Source of the DNA: Squalus acanthias | Lineage: Eukaryota | Direction of reading: 5' to 3' | Assembly (NCBI GenBank): GCA_030390025.1 | Contig: CM059432.1 | Location: 139,316,001-139,380,000 of the forward strand | DNA: 64,000 bases | Translations under genes and position numbers: made by a program | Shown: positions 23,805 through 35,537 of the stretch, one piece after another | Layout: the number at the start of each line of letters is the position of its first letter | Numbering within the stretch: the stretch's first letter is position 1 | The notes under the pieces: model-generated | The model's database searches: none | Told to the model about the DNA's origin: nothing | The model's input: only the letters and a program-made list of their open reading frames with translations

Positions 23805-25140
23805 CAGAGGATATACGGCACAGAAACAGGCCATTCGGCCCAACCAGTCCATGCCGGCGTTTATGCTCCACTCGAGCCTCCTCCCGTCTTTCCTCATCTA
23901 AATCTATCAGCATAACCCTCTATTCCCTTCTCCCTCATATGCTTGTCTAGCCTCCCCTTAAATGCATCTATACTATTCGCTTCAACCACTCCCTGTGGTA
24001 GCGAGTTCCACATTCTCATCACTCTTTGGGTAAAGAAGTTTCTTCTGAATTCCCTATTGGATTTCTTGGTGACTATCTTATATTGATGGCCTCTAGTTAT
24101 GCTCTTCCCCACAAGTGGAAACATTCTCTCTGTATCCACTCTATCAAAACCATTCATAATTTTAAAGACCTCTATTGGGTCACCCCTTAGCCTTCTTTTT
24201 TCAAGAGAAAAGAGACCCAGCCTGTTCATCCTTTCCTGATATGTATACCCTTGCATTTCTGGTATCATCCTTGTAAATCTTCTCTGCACCCTCTCCAGTG
24301 CCTCTATATCCTTTTTATAATATGGCGACCAGAACTGTACGCAGTACTCTAAGTGTGGTCTAACCAAGGTTCGATACAGGTTTAGCATAACTTCCCTACT
24401 TTTCAATTCTATACCTCTAGAAATAAACCCTTGTGCATGGTTTGCTTTTTTTTATGGCCTTGCTAACCTGTGTCGCAACTTTTAGTGATTTGTATATTTG
24501 TACTCCTAGATCCCTTTATTCCTCTACCCCAACCTAGACTCGCACCCTCCAAGTGATAAGTGACCTCCCTATTCTTCCTACCAAAATGTAATACCTCACA
24601 TTTGTCTGTGCTGAACTTCATTTGCCAATTATATGCCCATTCTGCAAGTTTATTAATGTCCTCCTGTAACTTGTTGCAGTCCTCCTCAGTATTGACTGTC
24701 CCCCCCCAATTTGGTGTCATCCGCAAATTTAGATACTGTGTTTTTGATTCCTAAGTCTAAATCGTTAATGTAACTTGTGAACAGCTGTGGTCCCAGTACT
24801 GATCCTTGTGGAACACCACTACCCACCTTCTACCACTGTGAATAGCTACCCTTTACCCCTACTCTCTGCTTTCTGTGCTGAAGCCAGCCAGCTATCCATT
24901 CTGCTACTTGTCCCCTGACTCCGCATTCTCTGACCTTGTTCATCAGTCTATTATGGGGTACCTTATCGAAGGCCTTTTGAAAATCCAGATAACTTACATC
25001 TACTGCATTACCCTTGTCTACTCTCTCTGTTACCTCTTCAAAAAACTCAATAAGGTTGGTTAAGCAAGACTTTCCCTTTTGAAATCCAGGCTGACTATTC
25101 ATTATTATATTTTTGGTTTCTAGATGTTCTATTTTCTCCT
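23805..25140 (-). mobile_element. CR1 RT fragment just downstream of the ANXA13 stop
   Basis: [32 protein letters not shown]. Confidence 0.9.
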
Positions 25141-25547
25141 TTAGTTTTCAATATTTCAAATCCAATTGTGCATATTTCCCAAAGAAATACGTACAATATT
25201 ATATATCAAGGAAAAGCATAATGTTCAATACAATATTGGTTTCATAGGGTTAATTTACTGGAAATTCTGGAATTTGGAGGTGTACTAGGTTAGAAAACTC
25301 ATTTCACCTCTTGGCGGGATTCAAAACCATCCCAAACTGATCAGATGGAAGCTACTTTCTGCCGTCTTTAAGGGTCCTATACAAAATGAGTCCTGGGCAT
25401 TCAGACTAGATATGCACTCAACACAGGCTCACAGCTTCACCCTGCTCATGATTTTCTTGCACAACTTGGCTACCTTCCATCAAGAGGAGGCAAGGATGGT
25501 TGGTGCGGGAAATGGAAATGTCACACTGGTGCAGCAGGAAAAGGAAA

Positions 25548-25985
25548 ATAAAGACTTGCATTTCTGTAGCGCCTTTCACGACCACCGGACGCCCCAAAGC
25601 ACTTCACAGCCAGTAAGTGCTTTTTGAAGTGTAGTCACTGTAGGAAATGTGGCAGCTAATTTGCGCACAGCAAGCTCCCACAAACAGCAATATGATAATG
25701 ACCAGATAATCTGTTGTAGTGATGTTGATTGAGGGATAAATATTGGCCCCAGGAATAACTCCCCTGCTCTTCTTCAAAGTAGTGCCGTGGGATCCTTTAT
25801 GCCCACCTGACAGAGCCTCGGTTTAACGTCTGATTGAAAGACAGCACCTCTGACAGTGTAGCACTCCCGCAGTACTGCTCTGGGAGGGTCAGCCTAAGAT
25901 TTTTGTGCTCAGGTCTCTAGGGTGGGACCTGAACCCACAACCTTTGATGATTCTGAGGTGAGGGTGCTACCAACTGAGCCACTGG
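25548..25985 (-). mobile_element. DeuSINE
   Basis: Same family. Confidence 0.82.
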
Positions 25986-26509
25986 GTGACACTCTTTTGA
26001 GGCTGAGGTTAAGGTTGACTGTAGGAGCAGAGTGAAGCGAGCTTTTTTCGGCGTTTGGCCCGTTCTATAGCTGGCCTGGGAGTGCTTGATGCTGACCATG
26101 GCTGTCCAAAGTGTAAAAGGTGTTCCATTCTTTCACCTTAATATGAAAAGTTCAACCCCCCAAAAAATCTGGGGGATTTTTTAAAGATTTGTTTGATTCA
26201 TGGGTTCTCTAAATATGGCAGTTATGACCTGTTGTAACGTATCATTCTCTTATACATGTACAATATAGTTTTCATTTCAACACAATTAGTAGACACTTAA
26301 AATGAAATCCACGCTAATAAACTATATATTATGTTTATCGTGTCAAAAGTATGTCACGATACATGACGTGATCCGGACTCGAGTCGTCGTTAGCTTGTTC
26401 ACAGATGTGATTCCCAGTAAAAAAAGTAAAAATTTTCCCAGTAAAAAAGTAAAAAAATGTTAAAGCTTTTCGTTTTACATACAGACGGCAGCTTTTGACA
26501 CGTTAGAAC

Positions 26510-26797
26510 CCCTGCGACTACACCTCATTGTCTCAGTTGTATCTTGCTATGTCTTTGATGTGGTACCTTCCTGGCTGACTTAATTAACTTTATCACACCT
26601 CGGCAGATAGTCAGGATGATTTAATTTATTGGTCTGCAATTGTAAAGTACACATTCTTTGTTTTCCATCTATATATGCTTTGGAGATTCTGTATCTAATT
26701 TACTTCACCTGAGGAAGGAGCAAATCGATAGCTCCGAAAGCTTGTGATTTCAAATAAAACTGTTGGACTATAACCTGGTGTTGTGCGACCTCTCAAT
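26510..26797 (+). mobile_element. Isolated Penelope pseudo-LTR related to the 3' end of the 35538-37718 element
   Basis: Shares CTGAnGAAGGnGC..GCTCCGAAAGCTTGT and AAATAAA..TGTTGGACTATAACCTGGTGTTGTGCGAC with the reverse complement of 35541-35627. Confidence 0.8.
26705..26747 (+). ncRNA. Minimal type I hammerhead ribozyme motif (Penelope pLTR)
   Basis: tcac-CTGAGGA-a-GGAGC/GCTCC stem II-GAAA-GCTT-gtga; palindromic stem III. Confidence 0.7.
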
Positions 26798-27239
26798 TTT
26801 ATTCAAACTAAGTCAGAGACTCTGTTCAACATCTTTGCAAGTCAGCAATTTATTGATATATCGTACATATAATGTACTTTATGTTCCTGGATTTCCCACA
26901 TCAAACTGTGAAATTTACCCTTCACCTGTCACTGCAGTTTTGAGCTACATGCAACTATTGAGTGGACCCGGTGAGCTGTCCCACCACAGCTTGTTTCATC
27001 AGGAACAGTCGTTTGATTCTATTTCCTCGTCTCAGCGTGACAATCACTTCCTCCAATCTTATCCTGATCCAGTAATGTAGTGATATAAACATAGGTTGGA
27101 CTTGTTTAATCCAAGGAGCAAGCCGTGCAAGGGCGGTCTAAATATTTATTCAAACTTCCTTCATAGAAATAACACATGGACCACATGAAGCAAAACAGCA
27201 AGTCACAAGGTTTCCCCCTCTGCGAGAATTCCGCATCTG

Positions 27240-27920
27240 CAGTTTAGAAGAATGAAGGGTGATCTCACTGAAACATATAAGATTCTGAGGGGGTTGGACA
27301 GGGTAGATGCTGAGAGGATGTTGCCCCTAGTGGGGGAATCCTGAACGAGGGGGCATAGTCTCAGAATAAGGGGTCGCCCATTTAAGACGGAAATGAGGAG
27401 GAATTTCTTCTCTCAGAGGGTCGTGAATCTTTGGAATTCTTTACCCCAGAGAGCTGTGGAAGCTGAGTCATTTAATATATTCGAGGCTGAGATAGACAGA
27501 TTTTTGAGCAACAGGGGAGTCAAGGGTTATGGGGAAAAGGCTGGAAAGTGGAGTTGAGGCCAAAATCGGATCAGCCATGATCTCATTAGAGGCTGTTTCC
27601 CCTGGCTGGAGAGTCTGGAACTAGGAGGCACAGTCTCAGGATAAGGGGTCGGCCATTTAGGGCTGAGAGGAGGAGAAATTTCTTCACTCAGAGGGTGGTG
27701 AATCTTTATAACTCTCTACCCCAGAGGGCTGTGGATGCTCAGTCAGTTGAGTATATTCAAGGCTGAGATCGATAGATTTTTGGACTCTAGGGAATCAAGT
27801 GATATGGGATAGGGCAGGAAAGTGGAGTTGAGGTAGAAGATCAGCCATGATCTGATTGAATGGTGGAGCAGGCTCGAGGGGTCATATGGCCTACTCCTGC
27901 TCTTATTTCTTATGTTCTTA
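27240..27920 (+). mobile_element. Two head-to-tail CR1 3' fragments
   Basis: The RRNFF-QRVVNL and 3' UTR block occurs twice. Confidence 0.82.
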
Positions 27921-28099
27921 TGCATTTTATATTCTGTCATCTCCATGACAGGGGTAGGGGACATTCAAGAAGGGAGGGCGAAAAAATACAAAAGAACTTT
28001 TCACTCTGTGACTATTCCAGCATTCCACCAGTCAGCCATTTTGAGAATGAAAATTAGTTCAAAGAAAACAACCCCCTTATTTTCTGGATACAGCAGTTA

Positions 28100-28974
28100 G
28101 GGGGAGAAATTCGGTATCGCCCTGCTTGGGACGCAATTATCGTCCGGGCGCAAAGTTTAGCACCTGGCACTAATTATCGCCTCCGACTGCAAACTTGGCT
28201 TCTATCGCCCCTGGAGGTGATTGGTGCACTAAATCAGGCGCTACACACCTCTCTTAAGGTGCTAACGCCGAGGAGTGAGGCGCTACCTCAGAGCACTGGC
28301 GAAGCTCAGGTGGTCAGTTAGCAATGGAACACAGACAGACTGGCGCCGGCCAGTTCTTAAAGGGGAGGGTCGATCTTGCTCTCCAGCCACACTCTGCTCA
28401 TTGCAGCCTTGAATCTCGGCCTGGAGAGACCTGTACATCAATTCTGCTGGAAAGAACAATGGAGAGAACCAGGGAAAGAGCTCAGAGTGCAGCCCCCAGA
28501 GTCTCTTCTAAATCAATGCAAGGAAGGTCAAATCAAAATGAACCTGCAAAGTGCTCCTCAGTACCCAAAACTCCTTCACACAGCATTGAATCTCTCCAGA
28601 AGTCTCTCTCTCTCTCTCAGAATGTGTGATGCAAAAATGTCGCCGACAAAAAAAGGAAGGAAGCGGCCGCCTTTAAATAGCCCAGTCCCTTTCTGACTGC
28701 AAAACGTTCCCCTCTACCTGTCGTTGCTAGCGGCAGGCGGTAAGGCAAGGGGGCACCACTCAATATCCGGTCCGGGGCACTACCAGGGCGTTGCACGCTC
28801 GACTGACGTCACAATCTGCGGGCGCAGGAGATTGTGGCGGTAGTGTTTAGCGCTGCCGCAAAATGTCTGGTCAATTTTGCGAGCAGCGCAAACATCGCTG
28901 CGCCCGGGCGCTAGTTGCTTTGCGCCCCGTTAGCGCCCTAAGAGGGAGGCGCTAATCAACCGAATTTTTTCCCC
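28100..28974. mobile_element. Non-autonomous Harbinger related to 56728-60756
   Basis: TIR GGGGGAGAAATTCGG / GGGGAAAAAATTCGG; TSD TTA; both ends similar to the full element. Confidence 0.85.
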
Positions 28975-29656
28975 TTAATGTGATACATAGGAAGATAGGA
29001 ACAGGAGGAGGCCATTCAGCCCCTCGAGCCTGTTCCGCCAGTCAATCAGATCATGGCTGATCCACAGCCTCGCCTATACCCGAAACACAAGCAAGTGCTA
29101 AACTAAAAATAATTTTTAAATAATTGACGGTGCAGTGTGACTGCCAATCCAAGGATGACAGTAACAAGAGCAGCCTGTACTTTTAGTATGAAAATTCCAG
29201 GACCGCTGGAACAGGCTGCCAGCTCGTGTGGTGGACTCCAATTCGCTGAAGGCGCTATACAAATGCAAGCTGCTGCTGCGATGGCGCATCTCCACCCCTA
29301 CTGCATCGCCCAGGGATTCCCTGGGGTTCCATCCCGCTGGACAGATCTAGGCAAAGTCATTCCATGCAAATGGGGCCCTTCTGACCTCATTTTCCTGCTG
29401 ATTGGAGGTGAGGCCAGAAGAAGGGGCCTCAGCACTTGCACGCAGCCAACCCCACCCCCGCTCCCTCAGACCGGAGGAGCTGAGAGGAGGATGTGGCAAA
29501 GGCCATGGAGGAGCCAAAAGACAAGTGCCTTTTTTTTTTCAGGTACCCCACCCCCGCCCGCCCCCCCCCCCCCCACCCCCACCCACCCAAGAGGATCTTC
29601 AGGGTTGGGGACCTTCAGGCTACTGTTATTGGCTAATAGCTAGAAGGCCCTGCTGT

Positions 29657-30015
29657 AACAACAACAACAACTTGTATTTATATAGCACCTTTAACGTAGT
29701 AAAACATTCCCAAGGTGCTTCACAGGAGCGTTATCAAACAAAATTTTGACACCAAGCCACATAAGGAAATATTAAGGCAGATGCTTGGTCAAAGAGGTAG
29801 GTTTTAAGGAGCGTCTTAAAGGAGGAAAGAGAGGCGGAGAGGTTTAGGGAGGGAATTCCAGAGCTTAGGGCCTCAGCAGCTGAAGGCACGGCCACCAATG
29901 GTGGGGCGATGAAAATCAGGGATGCTCAAGAGGCCAGAATTGGAGGAGTGCAGAGATTTTGGAGGGTTTTAGGGCTGGAGGAGATTAAAGAGATAGAGAG
30001 GGGCGAGGCCGTGGA
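29657..30015 (-). mobile_element. L2-clade LINE 3' end
   Basis: Reverse complement of the 14040-14410 / 54650-55010 family with a (TTG)n tail. Confidence 0.82.
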
Positions 30016-30028
30016 GAGTAAAGGCTGA

Positions 30029-30884
30029 GGCCGCGATTTTTCCTATCGATGCGGCTTGGGGGCGGGACAGCTGCCTTCCGGGTTCCAGTCCCGCCCCCAA
30101 CGACATCAGACGCACAGACGCGATTTTGCCTCAATTGGCCTTGTTAAGCCCGCCCTGCGGGCTTGCCGGCCAATTAAGAGGAAGCCGGTGTCAGATGACG
30201 TCAGTTGATGACGCGTCATCTGCCGGTTTTCTTATAGGGGCCACGCACTATTTTTTTTGACAGCGGATTTTTCAGTTTTTGGCAGCATTGAGGTGCTGCA
30301 AACACTGACAATCACTGTACAAAGGTGAGCCCTTGCCCCCAGGCTCTCCAGTGACTCCCTCCTTAGGCTAGAACAGATGGCAGCTGCAGGTGAGGTTACT
30401 GAAGCGATCTGTCACTGGTGAGAGAGGTTCTCCCAATGAGGTGGGACTACACACACAATCCAAAACATTTACAGAAAAGTGTAAATGCATTAAAAATAAT
30501 TTCCCCAACATTTTCTTACCTCTGAAACTCACCAGTGTACCATTGGAATCTTCACACCACTTCTGCAGCTGTCATCAATGCACAAACATTACAGTAGACT
30601 CACAGCACACCACACTTACCTGGCGTGGTGTCCGGACGTCAGGAAGCCCGCAGTAGACCTGTCAAAATTGCAAAAAGCCTCTTAACTTCCTGTTAACAAC
30701 CTGTTAACAAGCAGTTAAGTGGCTATAATCCTCTTCCTGCTGCTAGGTGTTAGGTCCATGCACAAATCGGGGACCCGACACCTGGGAAGACTGTTTGGAG
30801 GCGGGAACCCGCTGTCAATCTTTGCGATTTTGCCGGATGTCCCGCCTCCAAACCCGCCCCCTGAGAGCCGGAAAAATTCCAGCC
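30029..30884 (+). mobile_element. Harbinger-type MITE, diverged relative
   Basis: Ends GGCCGCGATTTT / AAAATTCCAGCC; shared ttgttaagcccgcc and gttaacaa..agttaa blocks. Confidence 0.7.
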
Positions 30885-31804
30885 TCAATGTTGGGTATTC
30901 CCACATCTGCAACCCTCAGAGGGACCTCCCGTAGGATCAACAGAGTTTGACTTCAACTGGTGGAAGTGAGGCCTACCTGGTCAGGTATTTTTTTTAATTA
31001 TTTTAAAGTGGGCCCTTTACTCAGGGTCAGCATCAAGCACTCACAGGTCAAGTCTAGCATGGTCCAGATGAAGATCAAAGCTCCCTTTGCTCTGTTCCAG
31101 TTTTTTTTTAATTCATTCACCGGATGTGGGCATCGCTGGCAAGGACAGCATTTATTGCCCCTCCTTAATTGCCCTTGAGAAGGTTGTGGTGAACGGCTGC
31201 AGTCCGTGTGGTGAAGGTGCTCCCACAGTGCTGTTCGGGAGGGAGTTCCAGGATTTTGACCCAGCGACGATGAAGGAACGGCGATATACGTCCAAGTCAG
31301 GATTGTGTGTGATTCGGAGGGAGCTTGGAGGTGGTGGTGTTCCCGTGCGCCTGCTGCCCTTGTCCTTCTAGGTGGTGGAGGTCGCGGGTTTGGGAGGTGC
31401 TGCTGAAGAAGCCTCAGAGAGTACTGTACTTTAATCCCAAGCCACCTACTGCAATAGTCTAAATTTTTGCACTTCCCACACCAAACATCCTGCAGCCAAT
31501 TGTGACTGAGATCGTCAATTTAGGGGCTGCAATTCCCCAGGGGGTGCAGCAGTAACTCAAGTACATTTTCCATGACACATTCCACCTTTCTGACTTTCTC
31601 AGGTTTTCCAAGGTCTCTTTGTCACTAAAGGCACTTTTAGACTTCATAAGAGCGGGTTACGGCAGATTCGAGGTATTCCCTGCATTGTGTGCACCCCATT
31701 GTGTAAACAACCTGACGTTAGCTAAACCAATGACATCACAGAAATGCAAACATGTGGTTCTACAATTGTGTCATTGACTTAATGTGAGGTGATAATCAAC
31801 GGCT

Positions 31805-32095
31805 AACCTGTTTTTTTTTAGTGATGTTGGTTGAGGGATAAATATTGGCCCCAGGACACCGGGGACAGCTTCCCTGCTCTTCTTCAAAATAGTGGCCGTG
31901 GGATATTTTACGTCCACCTGGGAGGACAGACGGGGCCTCGGTTTAACGTCTCATCCGAAAGACGGCACCTCTGGCAGTGCAGCACTCCCTCAGCACTGCA
32001 CTGGGAGTGTCAGCCTAGCTTTTGTGCTCAAGTCTCTGAAGTGGGACTTAAACCCCTCGACCTTCTGACTCAGAAGTGAGAGTGATACCATGGCT
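31805..32095 (-). mobile_element. DeuSINE 5' part
   Basis: Same family. Confidence 0.78.
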
Positions 32096-33203
32096 GATAC
32101 AATGGCCAACATGTGAATACACAAAAGGTATTTAAAAAGGACACAAAATCGGCATATAACCTAAAAATGTGTACAGTTGAGTGGGAAAGGAGAGAATCAT
32201 TGCCTTTAATTCAGTAAACACAAGTGACATAGTATGGAGTGGGATCATAACCAGAGTCTCACCGAATCGCCCTCTGCTGGAGGGAGTGTATTGGACGACT
32301 TAATATATTCCATAACCACGAAACATAATCAGACTGTTGATGCGAGCCAAAAGTTGTTGTTGACGAACACACTGTGAAATGGACTGGTGCCATAGTGCTC
32401 TTTGGCTGCCAATTGCTCTGTATGTGGGTCAACTGCAGTGCAGGTACAGAGTGACTGACGTTATTTTCCATGATGTCTCCTCTGCTATGCTTGGCCTCAG
32501 CCAAGGCGAACAGTTTCCTGGCACGGGGACCACACCAATAGGATCGGCACAATTTTTAACCAGCAAACAAATTGATCTCGCTAGAGAGTGGCTTTATTAG
32601 AAAATGAATTGAGAAATACATCGATATTAATGGCACCCTGAAAATTAAACGTGATCTTACGAGAACGGATGATTTAACTTTTAGTCTCCTGCTTGTTATT
32701 TTCCAGCATTCACTGTTTGGAAGTTTTCCAAACATGTAATGTTTCCATTGGAAGTTAAAGAGCAGAAATTCCACCAGTTACTTGTAATAATTCTCTAGCT
32801 GCTTCACCACCAGCTTTGTTCTAATGTGATTTGCTACTCTCCCTCTGCAACCCTTCGTCTCCCACACCATAAAGCTCCACCTCCCCTTTCTCCCACTCCT
32901 CTAAATCACACCAACCTGCTGATATCCATCAAAACAATTCTCTGTGAACATCCAACGCTTAGCATTGTGAACTGGTGGAACAGAAACAGAAACAGGCCAT
33001 TCGGCCCAACTGGTCCGTGCCGGTGTTTATGCTCCGCACGAGCCTCCTCCCACCCCACTCTTCATCTCACCCCATCAGCATATCCTTCGACAAACACAAA
33101 AGCAAAATACTGCGCATGCTGGAAATCTGAAATAAAAACAGAAAATGCTGGAAATACTCAGCAGGTCAGGCAGCATCTGTGGAGAGAGAGAAACAGAGTC
33201 AAC

Positions 33204-34958
33204 GGCCGCGATATTGCCGGCGCTCAGAGGGTTGGTTCGGAGGCGGGTCTGCCGTCAAAATCGAAATGATTGGCGGCGGGTTGTGAACCCGTCCCGAATC
33301 CACCTCCATGTAAGTTTTCCATGTCAGAAAGTTTCAGAACAAACTCGACACCAAGTGGCGGGGGAGGCATTTAAGATAGTTAAATGCTTGTTAAACACTT
33401 CTTAACTACAATTTTGCCAACCTATTTCTATTTTACCACTTTTTTAACGAGGTTCACGTCGTTCGGAGATCACATCAGGTAAGTAGGTCGGGTTCTCTAT
33501 GTCTCCCCGTTGCTGTGAATAGGTGACAGCTGCAAAAGTGGTCTGAAAGCTACCATTTCACAGCTGGTCACTTTCCAATGTCAGAAGCTTGAGCCTTCAG
33601 GACTTGGAAGACACTTTTGAGCTGTATGCAGTTTGGAAGTGCTTGGAGTAAACTCTCTATCCACTGTCACCTCCTTGGAGCAAGCTCTCTCACCATTGAC
33701 AGATCGCTTCTGTCATCTCAACTGCAGCTGCCATCTATTCCAGCAACATCGGTACTCTTCAAAAAATCGCACCTTGCTCCTCTGAATCCCTCCACGATCA
33801 GCCCAGCACCAACATCACCAACAACAATACCAACCTTCTCCGCAATCACCTGATGCTGCACAGGACACAGGGCATCAGCACCCAACAACATTGCTGCTCG
33901 GGAGGCCAGCGATGGCATCACCATGGCCAGGTTTACTTCACTTGACGCTGTACACACTGGCTGTCACATGATGCGTCAGGTTGACACCACCCTACACCAG
34001 CACCATAAAGCATCCCTACAATGTCCAAGCCATTCCTTTCACACTCATCAAAATTGGGGGTGGGTGGGGGGAAGTTATGTCTCAACATTCACCGGAACTC
34101 ACTAAGACACTTCCAAAGGTGAGCACAGATCTGTCCAATAAGGTAAAGTGTTGAAAATAAAGATTTCGATGTTTGACAACACATTAACAGAAACTTCACA
34201 TGAACATTGGCTAAACCACCCAAGTGCCTGCCCTTGTGTGTTGTTAGTTGGTATGCTTGTAGTAGGATGAGGGTGAGTGTGAGGGGTGGCTAACGAGATG
34301 GGGAAGTGATAATGTAGATAGAGAGGGATGGGTGGAGGTGCAAGGTAAGTTGGTGTGAGTAAAGATGTGCAGGAGTAGGGTAGGGAAAGCAGAGTGATGG
34401 GGATGTGATGAGAGGCACAGCAGGATGAGGTTGAGTGTGGCTTTGCAGTAACGTTTCGTGATCTGCTCAGATCATTGAAAGGTTTGTGCCACTGCAGCCT
34501 GGTCCTCCTGACCACATCCCTGCTTGTGCCCTCCTGTGCAAACCAGGCTGCGTTGATCTCCTAGGGAGGTCTCTTCTACCCATGGGAAGGGAAGAGAACC
34601 TCCCTGTATGCTGTGACTCCCTCCATAAGCATATGGAGGGAGTCATGGGAGAGCCTGGGTGCAGCCGTGCACCTCTGTGCAGTGCTTGTCAGTGTTTGCA
34701 GCACCTCAATGCTGTAGAACACTGACAGCACAACTGTCAAGATAAATTTGGACATGGCCCCTTTAAGGAAACCGGCTGATGACACGTCATCAAATGACGT
34801 CATCAGACCCGCTTCCTGTGAATTGGCTGAGAACCTCGCAGGCCGGGCTTAATAACGTAAAATCACTTGGAGAGTGCGGGCTGCAGTAGGGAGCGGGCTG
34901 GGACCATGACACCAACCCCGGCCACCCTGAACCCGTCTCGGTCGACGAAATCGTGGCC
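33204..34958. mobile_element. Internally deleted Harbinger with a Myb-like remnant on the minus strand, inserted in a Penelope end fragment (~33090-35145)
   Basis: TIR GGCCGCGATAT / GGCCACGATTT; TSD AAC; AAPRLSHDSLHMLMEGV..EVLFP and ..FNDLSRS remnants. Confidence 0.78.
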
Positions 34959-35537
34959 AACGTTTCAGGTGGATGGTCTTTCATCAGAACTGGAAAAAGT
35001 TAGAGATGTAACTGGTTTTAAGCAAGTGCAGGGGCAGGGAAAGGGGGGGAGGAGGGGAGGAAAGAACAAAAGGAAGGTCTGTGATAGGGTGGAAGGCAGG
35101 AGTGATTAAATTTTCCTTTGTACAATCATATCTTTTGTCATTTAATTCTTATGGGATTTATTAATGGCTGGGTGTAACGTATCTAAGTTTGCTGATGATA
35201 CAAAGTTAGATGGGAAAGTAAGCTGTGAGGAGGACACAAAGAAACTGCAGAGAGATATAAACAGGTTGACTGGGTGGGCAAGAACATGGCAAATGGAATA
35301 TAATGTGGGAAGTGGGAAGTTATCCACTTTGGTAGGAAAAACAAAAAAGCAGAATATTTTTTGAATGGTGAGAGACTGGGAAATGTTTGCACTCAGAGGG
35401 ACCTGGGTGTCCTTGTACATGAATCACTGAAAATTAACATGCAGGTACAGCAACCAATTAAGAAAGCAAATGGTATGTTAGCTTTTGTTACAAAGGGATT
35501 AGAGTATAAGAGTAAAGAAGTCTTACTACAATTTACA

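Noticed and set aside
29137..29749. Proline-rich ORFs and the many other 60-170 aa ORFs
   Set aside because: They arise from C/G homopolymers, repeat antisense frames or chance; no domain or splice support.
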